From NCBI RefSeq assembly GCF_009834535.1, contig NC_045696.1, positions 79,362,001 through 79,426,000 on the forward strand: a stretch of 64,000 bases of DNA, written 5' to 3'. The translations under genes and the position numbers were made by a program. Within the stretch, counting starts at the first letter, position 1. Each line of letters starts with the position of its first letter. This stretch comes from Camelus ferus (taxonomy: Eukaryota). The notes beneath the pieces are model-generated. The model searched no databases and was not told where the DNA came from. It saw nothing but the letters and a program-made list of their open reading frames with translations. Shown here one piece after another: positions 14,001 to 29,249 of this stretch.

Positions 14001-17000
14001 CTGCAAGAAGTGAGGTAGACAAGGTTGACTTATGCTTGCTGATATGCCTCCTATAATACTGGTCTGGAGAAAATCTACGGACTACTCACCGATGTCTGAG
14101 TAAAAGAAACAAACAAAACCAAACACTTTTAGAGGTAGCACACCAGTTTAAATAGCATTGCAAAACAATAGGATCAAAAGGTTCAAATACAAGGCCAAGT
14201 TTTATCATTAAAGCTTTATCAATAACTCAGAAAAATAAATAGGTAGCAATAAAAACCCAAGTATGAATGTATCCCCACGGGTGGCACTGTTCTGAGGAGG
14301 ATTTTGAGCCAGGGAAACTAACCACCACTTCTTACATACAAATATATACATTTCTTTACTTCCAAGCAACTGACTAGCAAATGAAGTCAGAAAACAACTC
14401 CTCTGAAACTTGGGGACTGACTGTATCAATAATGTTCTGTTTGATAGAATATTTAAAATTACAGAATCATATTTTCAAAGTACTTTAGGTACTGAAGGTA
14501 AATATTTCTCTCTTTTTCTCCTGAAAAGTTAATTCATTTTGAAATGCATTATTTATTGGCAACTTTATTTAGGTCATAAAATGTATAATTTAAAAAAAAA
14601 TTGACTAAAAAAACTGGAAGTCCTTCACATATGTAGTTAAAAGTCTCTGGAAAAGTATCAAATAACAAAGCTAAAAGTCTCAATATCATTACTAAAAAAT
14701 GGAGGACAAATAAAGATATAGGTAGAATGTATTAGTAGAATCTGATAAATCTGCAAATTTTCAACGTCTCAGCTATCTATCTACACGTCAGTAGAGGGCT
14801 AGCAGGGGAATATATTTCTATTCTCCACTTTTGGAGTTCATTTCTTATTAATATTCTTTGGAGCAATTGGTTGTGCTAATGCTCCAAGTGTGTTGTGTCA
14901 TAGTCAATAAAAGGCAACACAAAATTGCACATGTGAGTAATTTTCCAATCAGGAGCATTGCATACATATGGGGGCATATGCTGGGGGCCCTAGCTTAATA
15001 ATCTTACTTTGCAATTTACAGTCAACGTGGGAATCCATCAGGCAAGTCATGTTTTCAATGATGCCTATGCAACAATGGCAGGCTTTCATTCTGGATACCA
15101 GAAACTGTGCACAGAAGCACATCTTATTTATCCAACCATGTACTCTGACAAACATTAACAAAAGCTTGTGCAATGCTGCTTCCTTTTGTAGCACAGCAAC
15201 ATAACAGCAAAATAAGTCTTGTTAAATCAATTCCCATCTTGATTTAGTTGACACCCTCAATGATGTACCCCTCAATATGTCCCAATGCACCAAACACACT
15301 GAGACACTAAATGAAACCTTGTCATTAATGCTTACAAGCTTTCAGCACACCTCTTGCCCCTCATGTGTCCAAATCATTTTCAGCTTGCTTGGTGCCTCTA
15401 CACAATGTTAAGTTTTATTTAGTGGTTTATCTCGTCATAGTTTGTCCTATGAAGACTACAAGGAATCATTGACTTAAACATATAGAAGAATAAGTATTAC
15501 TGACAATTGATATTTTTTAATTCACAGCACAAAGAGAAAAACTCCTGAGTTTTACAACACTATCAATCAGCAGCAACCAATATGTCTCACAAAATCACTA
15601 ATAGGGTCGGTCAATCTCACAGCACTCTCTATTGATATTTTAGGATTCAATTTCCTCTGGACTCTCCTCATGCTTTCCAAGGACTGTTTTTTTCCTATTA
15701 TTTTCCTATATCTTGGTACTGCTGCCATGGTGCTGTCCTTAGAGTGTGTTCTTTTGCATTCCTTTATAAATTTCATTCTGCAGCATAGATTAAATTAAGA
15801 CCTCCATATTAATAGTTTTCTAATCATTTTTATCTTGTTCTCCAATCCACGACCTCCAACTTACCCTAAAAATATTTGCTGTGGATGCCCTAGACACCCA
15901 AAATAAGCCAAGAAAACTTTTTTTTGGGGGGGTAAACTCACTTCTTTTTTCATCCTCCTAACCACACTTTCCTGTTTTCTTTTTGTTCATTATTTTCCAT
16001 GTTTTCAACCCCAAACATTATTTATCTGTTATTCTGTCCTACAGCCAGTATTAGAGGAAAAAATTATCCAATTCATGTTACTAAATTCAGGAGAATAAAG
16101 GTTAATATGAATTAAAGTTCCCATACAACACAAATATAACCAAATTGTTAAAGTGATGCTTAGGGACATTTTCTTCAATAAATGAATCCTTTAACTTATA
16201 AATATCATATTAACATTGAGGTAACTTTTTATGTAGTGTTTAAAGTATTGGTAAAGTTTGAGCTTACAATTTAGAATCTCCATTGAATGTTATTTTCTAA
16301 TTACATTTTAGTATTTCTGGAAAACCTTTTCATACGTATCAGAGAGCTCAATCTAAAATCATACAACATGAAATTGGGCCTGCAGATGTTTGTTTTTCTG
16401 GCCCAATTGTAAAATGTAAGTTGGATTTGAATACATGTGGGTGGATTATTTATTCTTCATTTTCCTACGTGTCCATTATTCTCCTTTGTTTTTATCTCTA
16501 GCAAGTTACATATTTATGCTGCCATCAACCTATGAAGGAATTTGCTTTAATAGCATTTGTGTCCCATAGTAAATAGGTAAATTTTATTTCACTTCCTCCT
16601 TGAAACTCATGGTTAAACATATTCCCAGTCCTTAACAAGACTGACTTTACAGATGGTTCACTGGTCACCTATAATACTGCTGCCAATATAGCAAGATCCT
16701 CAGTATTTCATCTCATACTGCCTCAAGATGACAAAAATCACTTGTTTTATTATTTTCCCATAAAATTATCTTTCGAAGATTCCTTAGCCAGCTTCTCATA
16801 ACTCTAATTCTTACCCTTACTTACATCGTAATTCTCAAGGAAATCTAGAGAGTAACAGAACTCTCTAAGGCCACAAATTTGTATAATTTTGGTACCGCAA
16901 AACAGCAAGGATATTTGATCTGATTGACCTGTCCCACTGTAGAGAAGATGATTGTGTAATCAGCTCTTTCTGAAATCAGGCACGTACTTTTCACTCTATA

Positions 17001-18399
17001 CAGTAGCTGTTAATGTAGAAGTGACCCCTCCTTATTTCTGTCCGTGTTCTTTCCAATACATTAAACCCTGCTCACAGAGACCATTTTCACAGATGTATTC
17101 TGAGGATTAGAGGTAATGCAGCTAAAGACTTCAGAGTATCTTGCAAAAAAGTTAGCTTTTAAGTATAAGGTATTATCATTTTAGTTCATATTAAATGTAA
17201 GTAGCTCATCTCTGCCTTCAGGCTTCTTTCTGCAGCTTTCTGTGCACTTCCAAATCTCAGCTATCGAACACATTTCTAAAATAATATAAAAGTTAAACTA
17301 GTATGTTACCAAGGATTTTTGATACCCACTGCAGATATCTGATAAATCCAATCTTACCTCTGTACTTTGGTAAAATGTGGTTGAAAAAAGTCATATTTTG
17401 CATTTATATAGCATTCTACTATTTTCAAAGACATAACTGATCACTTGTTATATTACACAACAGTCACATGGTATTTGGGCCTTACAGATACTCATCAGTT
17501 AATCCTTATGCCACATATGTGAATATATTGTTGCTTTTTAAAAAATAATTGAGTAAAAACACACTTCCTGCCCTGCACAGAGAAGTGGTAACTGACAAAC
17601 AAGGTTTACAGCTTACTTCTTTTATACCTAAAAAGACAGTGGCTACCTAAGTGATGTAATGATGTCTACCAAGTTAGTATCAGAATGATTTCTTTCTTTA
17701 AACACTAGTGAGCTTAACAAAACGTTGATTTCAAATTAAAATTTCTTATCTCTAGAAACTAAATATAAAGGGAATCATAATGACACCAGATATTTTTAAA
17801 GATGCTAGATTTTGACAGAATAGTCAGTACATTGAATTTATTTGTACACTAAATTTTACTTATTATTACTACCAGAAAAAATAAATCTTCTACTAATTTC
17901 TGATATATTAAATACACAGTATGCAAGGAATTGTATGTACCCAAGAGCAATGAAATTAATCTTGTATTCATTTACAAAAATGATGCATTGTGCTTGACAA
18001 TCTTGGCTTTCACATGACTAAAGCCTTTCTGCAAAGGGGAATTTAACTTGTCTATTAGTTACCACGCAGGAGCCAATAACTCTTCAAAAATCTTTAACAG
18101 TGAAAACATTTCACCTAGAAAAAATATTTGCTGCTGTTGTTTCATTTTGTTTTCCTTTGGAGGCAGGTCAGTATCGTTCAGAACCAAGTATAGTGACTGT
18201 AGCACGTGATCAGTCTAGGAAACACCACTGAGGGTCAAAAGAACAATACAAACCACTGGTACTGATTTCATATTTGATCCCGGCACAAGCTCGGAGAGGA
18301 CTCTAAGTCCCCGCTAACCCTTAAAATGCATTTATCTCTGAGTTGGTACTGGGTCAGAGGTCTTCCCAGTGCAACTTGAAGACAGATATTAAACATCCA

Positions 18400-19640
18400 T
18401 GTGCCTAGATCTATCCTAGACGGAGTGTACAAGAACACAATATATGGTAGTTTCCTGCAGAGACCTTATTTTCCATCTATGTACACAAGAACCTCTGAAT
18501 ACTGAAGAAGACCCTATAATTTAAAAAATACTTTAAGGAGTCAATTACAAATTGAGAAGAAAGAGTAAACAAGGGCGGTAATTTTGTAGTGAATGTAGTG
18601 GGGGAGGAGGAGGGGAGAGAGACAATGAAAGAGAAAGAGAAAAGGAAAGACACAGAGAGAATGCATATTGACTAGAATCATCAGAAAAGCTTCAGAGATG
18701 GAGGGGCCTGAACTGATCTTTGAAGAAAAATGAGCTAAAGAGAGGTGGAAAGAAGGGAAAAGAAATCTCCCAGATGGGAAAACAGCATGAGCAAAGGATA
18801 GGAGTAGGAGTGTTCCCTAAATGTTATTTCAAGTTCCCCTTCTCAGAAGCCAACAATGGCTCCCAATTATCCTTTGAATATAATCACAGACTTCAAAGCT
18901 TCCACCTCCCCAATCTCTACATTCTCCAGCTAATACTTCATTCAGGCTTATCAACTTAATATACTCTACATAGAACCTGTGTTCACCCTTGACAAAACTT
19001 CTGCAATTTCTAAAGCTTCTCCTCAGGCACTTACTCTAAGGCATCACAAAATCTGTTCAGGCTGTACTTCAAAAATGGTTTAAACTCGTGTCTTTCTGCC
19101 TTTGGATCCCTTCACTAACCACACCTGGCTCTCATCTCCTTATTTAGAAAGTCAGTCATGTATCTATGTTTATGATTCATTGTGCTTTTATTCTCGCATG
19201 CATTCGATGTTGCTGTAAACAGAAGCAGCAACTATATCCTTCTTTAACTGAATTAGGTTACGAGGTCCTTGAAACATTTATGTACCAGGAATTTCTATGG
19301 AATCTGGAATCATGGGTTTTCATGACATGCTTCATGTATTTATTCACCAAATATTTACTGATAACTGTGAGCAAAAGCACTATACACATTTACAGTATAC
19401 AGTATTTGGACCACAAAATGATTTCAACTCAGTGGGAAACCAAACAGCAATTCAGGCAGTAGGTGAAAGAGGCCACATGAGGTAACTGCAGGAGCTGAGA
19501 GCTTATTTCTAGATGTGGTACTCAGAACCGGACTCATGAATAGGGATGGGTCCTAGCTGGGAAAAAATTATAATGCCTAGAAGTGAGAGGAGATGACATT
19601 CCAGGAATGAAAAACAAAACGCACAAAGGTATGGAATGTG
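18400..19640. mobile_element. Cluster of L2 fragments in both orientations
   Basis: CATCAGAAAAGCTTCAGAGATGGAGG and GGGAAAACAGCATGAGCAAAGG (minus); TTCACCAAATATTTACTGA (minus 3' end); plus-strand body near 18830-19150. Confidence 0.55.
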
Positions 19641-20399
19641 TAAGTTCTGATGGGGGTGGCGCGCATCCTAGTTTAACTGGACCAGAGGCCTTGTGAATCT
19701 TTTATAGCATTGTATTTTATACAGAGCAGTCTGACTTGCACTCATGACAGAATTATTATTATTATTTTTTAAGTGTCACCTGTGAAGTGGGTTCAGTTCA
19801 GAAAGGATTCTGGAGTTCTGTCTCCAATCCTAACTCTCAGTAACCAAATGATTAATATTTGAAAGTTCTAATTCTCAGTTTCTTCAAATATAAATAAAAG
19901 AACCCAGAACCACCTAATTTCTTCAAACCTCTCAATTAACATTCTATTTACTTTTTGGGTAACACTACTTCCGACTTATTTTATTTATACTTACTTACCT
20001 TGTAGCCACTCCCCACAAGTGGAACGTGGACTCTGTGAGGGTAGGGATCACGCCCATCCTCTCCACCACTGTACCTGGATTCTCAGTTTACTGGGGACAT
20101 ATTTCGAAAATTGTCAAAGTCCTTCCCTGTTGTGCATTTTTGAGAACAAGATCTCTATTATAGTTCACCCAAAGCACCTAACTGAATGGGGAAGTTAGAA
20201 TGGGAGGATTAGGATTTTTTAAACATGGATTACAAAAAAGAAAAAAAAAATGAAGATAATTTCAGGATTTGAGAGTCAAAAATCTGATTTTTCTGCCAAG
20301 TGTGAGCCTTTCAAACCAGGTATCATTATTTTGAGAAATAGGGTCAAAATTAATTTGGCTCCTCCTTTAGGGTAATGAGAGTCAGACTAGGCAGGGCCA

Positions 20400-21310
20400 A
20401 CAGGAAAAGGCTGTGCAGCCAAATCCCACTCTTCCCCTTTCTGGCTGCAGAGAATACTGGGGAAACCTAAAGAAAAGTCGAAGTGGAAATGACTATTCCA
20501 GCAGATGTGTGTCCTGACTTTCCCAGGTTTGTCCAAGAGATAAGGAGGAACATCAGGTAAACGGGAGTAACCTTAGGAACAGAATGGGGCTTGTGCTAGT
20601 TGCAAGCACCACCATTACGCTATTCAGGCTCTTAAATCTTGGGAAGAAGCTGACTCCTGGGCTACCCCACACAGCCTTGGAACACAGCTAAATCTCACGC
20701 CCTGAGAAGCAGAAGTAGTCAGACAAAGAAGGGCTCTTGGGTTGGTTTTGCTATGTTGCAAGCACTAGCCAACATGACTGGGATACTGAGCTGAGAACCA
20801 GCAAACTTGCTGTGTAGCCCACCAGGACAATGTAGAAGAACCCCAGGAAGAGTCTGGAAGTGAATCAGGGCAGAAACCGGGGTCTGACTTTCTTGGAGCC
20901 AAATGGGGTGAGTGCAGCCAGCCAGAGCAGATCAGGTCTATCAGAGCAGGGCATAAATTGTACTAGCTGCAGATGTCAGTCACAAATAGTTGGTATACCC
21001 AGGTGGAAGGGGCAGGGACTAAATGTGACAACAGGGTGCTGAAACGGAGAAACTCAACTTTCACCAGTCTCGGACATAACACCTTTTCAAATACTCCCTG
21101 ACATGACTGCAGGGAGAGAAGAGTCAGTAAGAAAAGTTTGTTTCAGAAATTAGCAATCTGTCCATGAGGTTTTGAAGACTAATTTTGAATACTGATTGTA
21201 AGGACTATTTAAAACAGATTGGAAATTTAGTGAATTTTTAACTAGTGGATGAAGGCAACATTAGTTTCCCTAATACATCCAGTTAGAGTAAGACTTAAAC
21301 CATGAGACTT
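20400..21310. mobile_element. Possible ancient LTR (ERVL/MamGyp-like)
   Basis: Block with raised G+C and purine content and an LTR-like texture. No TSD or diagnostic termini identified. Confidence 0.3.
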
Positions 21311-23573
21311 GCCTACAATATCTTTAATAATGTAGTATCTAGCATATATTTACTGTTTGATAAACAGCATTATTTCAACAACTAAAACAATTAAAGGGGT
21401 CTCTACACAACTATGATTCTTTGATTCCAGTGTATTACTAAGATTGAAAAGAAAATGTAAATGACCTTTTAGTTGCCCTCTGCCTCCCAGCCATGTAGCA
21501 CTCAGAGGAATACAAAGTCCCAAGAAAACAGTATTGTTTTTGGAGGCCAAAATTCAAATCCTAATAACGAATCATTAACTTTGCCTAAGCTTACTTAAAC
21601 TTACTACCCCAGGGAAGTAAATAAATTAAGAGGATTCCATTGCCTTCTTAGAAGCCATTAACAAATCCTCATGCTAGCATTTAAAGAAATCTCTATAATA
21701 GAATTGCAAAGCATGTTCACATACACTATGCCACGTAGTGTCATTTAAAACTTCAAGAAAAGAGCTTTGAGAAGTCAAGGCAAACAGCCAGCAATATCTC
21801 ACTCAGACTCAGTCTAGGTCCACACCCCACACAAATAGATACATTTCTATGTATGAACTGCAGAACGCCCATAAGATCTAGAAATTTTGGACAGTAGCAT
21901 GTCTTCTTATTGCATTCCCTACCATTTGATTTGATTTTAGACCTCTCTTAGAAAATTAATATTTCCTGAAATTTAATTCAGATTTAAAAACTAGTATAGA
22001 GCAATAGTTTCCACGTACAGTGGTTGTGTCCTCTAGACTGCTTTGTTTTTGTTTTTTTAATTTGGGAGACTCTCTCACTGATTGCTGGGCACTACTTGCT
22101 AGATGATCTGCTTTCAAGAACAACCCTGTAGAGTGAAGAATTACCCTACATCTCACACACCTTTCAAACACCTTGCCAGACATATATGTAAGTGAAAAAA
22201 ACTACATATAGTTATATGAGATCATAATTTAACTCATTTTTTACATATCAACATTTAAAAATTTTATTTTTGTCACAGTGCTACGGAAATATGAATTCTC
22301 CCCAAATACATTTGTAAATCCAGGGAAGTCTTTTCTTTTTCAGAACATTATCAAGAGTCAATTATCATTTTGGAAAATCGGGTGACTGACAGCAGAGCCG
22401 CTTGTAATGTCTTTGTCTCCAACACAGCATGCCCGTAACTGCCTGCATTTTAGCCTTTCTATGTGAGCAATTCTATGCGTAGGCATAAGAATCTGACTAA
22501 CTACTCATCTATCTTCTAGTGAAGCCATACCCATGCATTTACGTAATAAAGTATGTATCATTTTAAAATTAGTTTTTAAACGCATATGTAGGTAGAGAAT
22601 ATCATCTATTAGCTTCATTTCAGTATAGTTAAAAGGATATTACAAGAGATTTTATACAAACGAGTTACTGGGTCTGATCACAGTGCGAGCCACTGTTTCA
22701 GGGGAACCTATCATGGTTCTATACAAACATGGTTATGTCAAATCCGAGCAAAACAACATGATTGTGGATTCCATTTGGGCTTATCTGCAACCACAGCAGA
22801 ATCCAACATACATAGGTTAAGTATGTCCCAGTGCCACACACTTTCCTACCCACGATAATTACTCTTCCTGGACACACATCACTATATTACATACATCATT
22901 AAGATTTAACATGAGGTCCTTGAGTGTCTATTTACATGCACGATATTGGAGTGAGGTTACTGAGCTCATCCATATGGCTGGGAGAAGGCTGAGAAGCTGC
23001 AGCATACGTATGATTAGAAGTTGGCAGAAATTTACTTAGGGATGAAAACAAAAATTAACCATCCTTAGGAAATCCCCAGAGAGCATAATTTGAATTAAAA
23101 AACTTTAACGATACAGTAATTCTGACTTAAAGGAAAATGCAATTTGAAAATAAAAAAAAGAAAGTCATTAAAAAAAATCATTGATTAAACCGCTGGGGTT
23201 ATTTTGTGTTGATTATTTTTATCCAAATACTTTGTGTTCGACTCTTCATCAACGTACAATATTAAGAACACTCTGAATTCAGCAACTCAAGAATAAGTTA
23301 AAATGTCTGGCTTCACAGTTACCTCAGTATTGCTCCAGAATTATGCTATGAAAAATCAATTTTGTACTGTGACCAAAAGAACAAGCTCTGACTGTGGGTT
23401 TTAACTCAACGCATTTCCTTATAAAATGTTTTCAAGTTTAGAAATAACTTAATAGTCATTAGCTACCTCGACGAGTGGACATGTTCAGTGATTACTGAAG
23501 TGTCTAGATCTCTTTTTCTCCTTCCTCTCTTTACCTTTTTCATAGCTAGATACAATCCACCGCCTTCCTCCTC

Positions 23574-23597
23574 CACACACACACACACACACACACA
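23574..23597. repeat. (CA)12 microsatellite
   Basis: Perfect run read directly from the sequence. Confidence 0.95.
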
Positions 23598-25499
23598 CTT
23601 ACTTCATGAGTTTCAGGTCCTGAACTTCTCAACCAAGTGAGAAGAGTATTAACTTGATTTTAACAGTATGATGACATCGGAGGCTGAGAAAAAGTAAGTG
23701 ATCTGTCACATCCACAGTGAACCCTCTCATCATGCTTACCTTTTTGATATACATTTCGTACACAGAAAATCACAGTCCCTGCTTCAGAGTCACTCAGAAT
23801 CACACAATTTTGGTACTTTTAGGTTGATTTACTGAATTTCCTGAATTTGGGTTCCTACTTGACACAGCTGTCTTCCTGCCCTAGCAACTTAGAGCTCACC
23901 CTCTTCGATCACTGACTTTCAATGTATCTCTAATAATTAGTTCCTAGTATCTTCTTTTCTTCCATTTGAAGTCTGCCTGGCAGTCTATTTTCTATATGAG
24001 GATTAAGGAATAGCAGTGATATCTATTAATATAAGGCCTCAAAAAACACACAGCAATATAGTTTGGGTAGGAATCTTGGGAGCATTTTTATCATGGTTTT
24101 TAGAACACTTTAGATTATTGATACATTTAAAAGGCATTTAGCACTTAATTTTCTTAAGATGTTAGTAGCCTCAACTCACATAGCTCATAAAACCTGGGGA
24201 TATGCATTAACCATGTATAACAAAGATTCAGATCTATTCTCTTGCTGTCTACAGGGTTCTTAATGATTTTGTCTCGTAATTAGTACTTACCAATAAGTTT
24301 TATTTTGTATCTATTGTAATATTGGGAGCAACTTATTTAAATTGATTTTCCAACTGGAGCAACCACTGGATATACTGCAATTATCTTTTATATAACACAA
24401 ACCATATATTATTAAATGACTTTCCATTATTAAAGAGAAAGGCCCTTAGTCTAATAATGAAGGCTCACATCATGGCAAAACTCATCTGGCGCCACACTAG
24501 GGCAGAAAGGATTAAAATGGAGACACAAATTAAATTCTATCAGTATGAAATAATATATTATCTGCAATGAAAAAGAACTTCATTAAAAACAATAACTTCT
24601 GAATCATCAGATGTATGAGTCATCAGGGATTATTTACCTTTAAAACTTTGGGAATATCATTCCAGTGTTCACTTGATTAAGTTTTAGAATAGCTTAGTTA
24701 TGGTCTTAACTGTTATATTCAGGAAAATACCAAATTGAGATGAATATACAGTCAATTAACTACATACAACTTTCAAATTTTAAATATCTTCTTTAGGAAA
24801 AACTTATTTCATATAAATTCTCCATATATAATTTTCAAACTAACAAAGAAGAAAACAGTAACCCAATTCAGTGACCATCACTTCCAATATGCTCTATATT
24901 GGATATCACATGAGTTCAAAGATCTAATGGGACCACTTCAGCATGTATTAAAAATTGAGTTCTTTGGGCATCACAAGTATATTTTCCTTTGGCCTAGGTC
25001 TTCAAAGTCCAGATGTGTGGAAAGCTAATGGCCTATAAGTAAATCAGAGCAATAAACATCTTTTATATCTTAATTACTCAGGTACACTTCAGACTTAACA
25101 CTCTCCTGAAGACACAGAAAGTACACAATGTCAATTCTGACTTTTAACCTCCACATTTATTCTTGTCAAATATGCTTCATCAACTTCCTGAGCTCAAAGT
25201 GAAAAGGCACGAACAGGACACATCAGTTTAGCCAAACCACGTTTCTGGAAATGTGTATATAAATGAAGTCTCTAAATATCAAATTGTATCTTAATTGCAC
25301 TAGGAAGAATAATTCCATTTAAAGAGACACTATTCTGTCATCAAAGCAAAGAATTCTTTTGAAAAGTTAACAATCACTCCGAATTATGTTCTGTTTTAGT
25401 AGGTTTGAATTTTAACTCACTGTATAAAATAAGGCACTCTTGTTATATATAATTAAGTAATAATAATAATATCTTGTGTTTGCATATTGTAATAGAAAA

Positions 25500-25640
25500 C
25501 AAAACCACTAGCTTTGGAATCAGCTGGATCTTGGTTAAAATCAAACCCTACAGACACTTACTAACATGTATCCTTAGAATCTGTTTCTTCATCTGCAAAA
25601 TGGTAATAATACATATCTCTTAGGGTTAAAAGGATAAGTA
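25500..25640 (+). mobile_element. MIR SINE
   Basis: GCTTTGGAATCAG...CACTTACTA...GTTTCTTCATCTGCAAAATGG. Confidence 0.65.
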
Positions 25641-26769
25641 AATTTGAAAACATTTGCCAAATACAAAGTATAATATTTGACACACCCTTCTCAACTTTAT
25701 AGTTTATCCTGTGCCTTCATACACTTTATTTTATTTGATCCTATCAACCAACTGAAGGGAATTACTTGTGTCTTAATCTGAAGTTGAGTGCAAATAATTT
25801 GCTCACAGGAAGTGATTAACTTGTAATTAAGTCATTATTTTTTATTACCATGAAAGTGGAGAGTGAGAAAAAGAAGACAAGGAAACTATATTTTGTGTTG
25901 CTGCATCTACGTTATCAAATCTAGTCTTTTCTCTAATTCTTCACCTTTTACATGTCTCAGCACTGCTCATCAGTTTGTCCCTGTAGATCCCCACATTTGG
26001 AGTCAATCCCACATCCTCAATTGTGACAGGCTGAGGAAAGCTAAGTGGGATCTGGGGAAATTTCAACCCTATTTCCAGAAAGATAATACCAGCTCTCACT
26101 AAACATGGTGTTTTCAAACACGCAGTGCATGAAACAGTGTTAAATTCATGGGGAGCAGGGGCGGGGGCAGGGAAGGAGGACTTGAAACATGCAGGAATGA
26201 TGGTTTCTTCCACTGAGAACACACGGGGATAAAAATGAAAGGAAAGTGAATCAAATGAAATCTCTGTAGTTTAAAAGGAGTTAAAAAATAGCTACTTATA
26301 CATCATTTATAAATACATGCCAGCTGCATATTAATACTAAATGGAAGGAAGCAACATTTAAATTTATTTTTGTAAAACTAAACACAAAAACACACTGCTG
26401 TACACAGAATGCTCTATAATGAAAAGCACGGCTTCAATCTCTGTCAACAGTTGCAAGAGCAGCAACTTACGTGGGATGACAACTTAATACAAATCTCTAA
26501 ATATTCTCTCACGCTGGAGAAAACTCCTTAAATTACAATAGCTTTGGTGAATTTCTTCAACTAAAGAGATACCTAAATTTGATATGAACCTCAGGTTTCA
26601 ACAGCCATACTTTCTAGTACATAATTCATTGACACCTCAGGCAACAATTTAAAAGATACAGACATCTTTCAGAAAATCATGATTATATAAAAATAGTTAA
26701 TGTTTTTATAGGTGGGCAGAGATGACTTCATAAAGGGAATAATTTAATGAAAAATTTCAAAATAATATT

Positions 26770-27360
26770 AATAATAATAGTTATCATTTCTTGAATTCCG
26801 TCAGCCACTATGTGAAGTGGTGAATACACACTCTCCCATCTAATTCTTTCAAAACCCTATAAGGTGGATATTACTATTATTACCACCATTTTGAAAAATG
26901 AAAAACAGAGCAAAGAGAGTTTAAAGAAACTGTTCACAGACAGCACTAGTAAATGGCACAGTCAGGTCCAAATCAAGTCTAACAAACTTCGCAGTTCATT
27001 TTCCTACTCAGTAGGGCTGACACCATCTGTCAATTCTTAGTAAGTTCATTTCACAATCTCAGAATCCTTCACAAATATTTTTAGAAATAAGGAGACTGGG
27101 TTGGGGGGGTGGTAGTTAAATGAATTCCCAAACATTACAGTAAGTACAGCACTGAGCATCCACTGAGCTCATGTGAGCTTTGTACTGAGGGCATTCCATG
27201 TCTGCTCATTGAAATTGACATCATTCCTGTGTGGTACGTTACTGTCAACAGTCCCATTCTCAGTGTGGGAATCTGGTGCAGAGAGCTCAAGTAACTTGCC
27301 TGATCATGTATCAAGTAGGTAGTTACTGGCATTTCTGAGTCCAGAGCACAAGAGCTTAAA
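26770..27360 (-). mobile_element. Two adjacent MIR SINEs
   Basis: CCCTATAAGGTGGATATTACT...CCATTTTGAAAAATG, then CCCATTCTCAGTGTGGGAATCTGGTGCAGAGAG...AAGTAACTTGCC. Confidence 0.65.
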
Positions 27361-28194
27361 CAGAACACTCAAATGCTTCTTACTCAGGGAGTTCTGCAAA
27401 AACACAGCTCCAAAAGACTGTGCAGGTCTCGCCCTGAGAAGCAGGGAGTGCAGAGATGCAAGCCTCAGGTACAGCAGCAGGGGAGGGCTGAAGAGGCCAA
27501 GGACAGATTCATCACGCAGGCTCCAGAGGGCTGACTGTCACACAAATACCTACTTACAATTACCGGAAACAGCTTGAGCCACAGAAATACATTCTTTAGA
27601 ATGACAGCAAGGAAGCATCAGTGCAAATTCATTCTTGCCTTTAGAAGAGTGAGAACAGCTAAGAGTCAATTATTATCCATCAAAACATCAATCTTCTTCT
27701 ATTCCTCTTTCATATCCAAACACTGACCATAAAGTCATTTTGTTACCTTGGCTTGGAGCAAACATTTCATGTTTCTATTTCCTTACTATGTTAAAAACAA
27801 TAGTGCTCAGCATATAAAACAACTTCTGCTTATCTCATCTCATAGGACAGAAAATGCTTCATATATTTTGAAGAGAAAGTAGCCCAAACATTTACAAAGT
27901 TAACAGTCGGTCTCGTTATCATGTATTTGATAGCCGAGCAAATTTCAAATTTAAAAATGTAGCTAAAATTTGGTAAACTTTATTTTCTTGAAAAACATTG
28001 TTTTAACATGAAGCAAATGGGCAATCTTTAAGATAAATTGTTCTAGCCTTCTTTTTAATGTAGCCTGAAGCAGAAAGAAAATCTGACCCCGTTTCCCATG
28101 TCTCAGATTCCAATTCCAAGGTATCAGATTGCTTAATTTGGGTCCGAAAGGGTGCATTTGTTTCAGTTCTTGGTTTAGAACAGTTTTTAACCTT

Positions 28195-28446
28195 ATATTA
28201 TATATTTCAAGTATATATATCATATAAATACATATAATATATATTTAATGTATTTATCTACTCTGTATATTTAATATATGTGTATATTTATATAATACAT
28301 ATTAAGTATACATGTTATATATAAGTATATGTATACACTACATATAGTACATATTAAATATGCATTATCTATATATGAAATCAGGTAAAAAATGGTCTGG
28401 ACCAAGAACTGAAATAAATTTTATATTTATATTTATATATATATAA
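28195..28446. repeat. Degenerate (TA)n low-complexity region
   Basis: Mostly alternating A/T with interruptions. Confidence 0.85.
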
Positions 28447-29249
28447 TTCAACCCCCAGGGTTACTTCAATTTCCTTTCAAATCCCGTACTGACAGAGGTC
28501 TAAATGGATTGTCAACCAACTTCCTCTCCTTCAATTATTTGCCCTCAACACATTTCAAATGTATGCTGGAATATCATCGTCATAAAATTATGTTATTGAG
28601 AAAACACAAGGACCATGACCTTGATACATCTTGCTGCTTGACATTCAGAGAATTTGAATTTAAAATGAATTTAGTTGCTCAGAATTTTTAAAATTTACTA
28701 CCCCCATAACACAGATAACATTGTTCTAAAAATGAATGATTATATTTAAAATTAATCAAAAGATTACATCAAACCTTTGAAGCTTTGATTTTTTTTACTT
28801 TTAGGAATTTCTAGAACTATGACAGTGGTGATTTATACTGAAAGTACATTTTTCTGATCATCTCCAAACCAGCACCTTCTTTTTCAAATTAATGCTGTTA
28901 CTTTTCTCCAAATCACTTTATCAATAAACAATATATAAGTAAAATTTCTAAGAAACCTGCAGTGTATTCACATAAATTAGCACAAAACATGTATTCCTGC
29001 GAAAGAAAAAAAAATTGTAAAAGACAGGATAAAGTCTTTCTATCCTCATCTTGTCACTGTAGCCTCAAAACATTTGCTATTCCAGAATAGTCCCTCCAAT
29101 GCCGTCTTCTTTTTTCCTACAGCCAGAATCCTATACACCTTCCAAGCATTAGTGCAATATTTTATCTTTAGTACAACATTCCCTGACTTCTCCCAATCAT
29201 AATTAATTGTCCCTTTAGCATGCACCTTCCAAAGAACTTTTATCATAAA

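Noticed and set aside
14400..14429. IQSVPKF resembling a DENN-domain motif
   Set aside because: Only a few residues match, the continuation differs and no exon boundaries fit.
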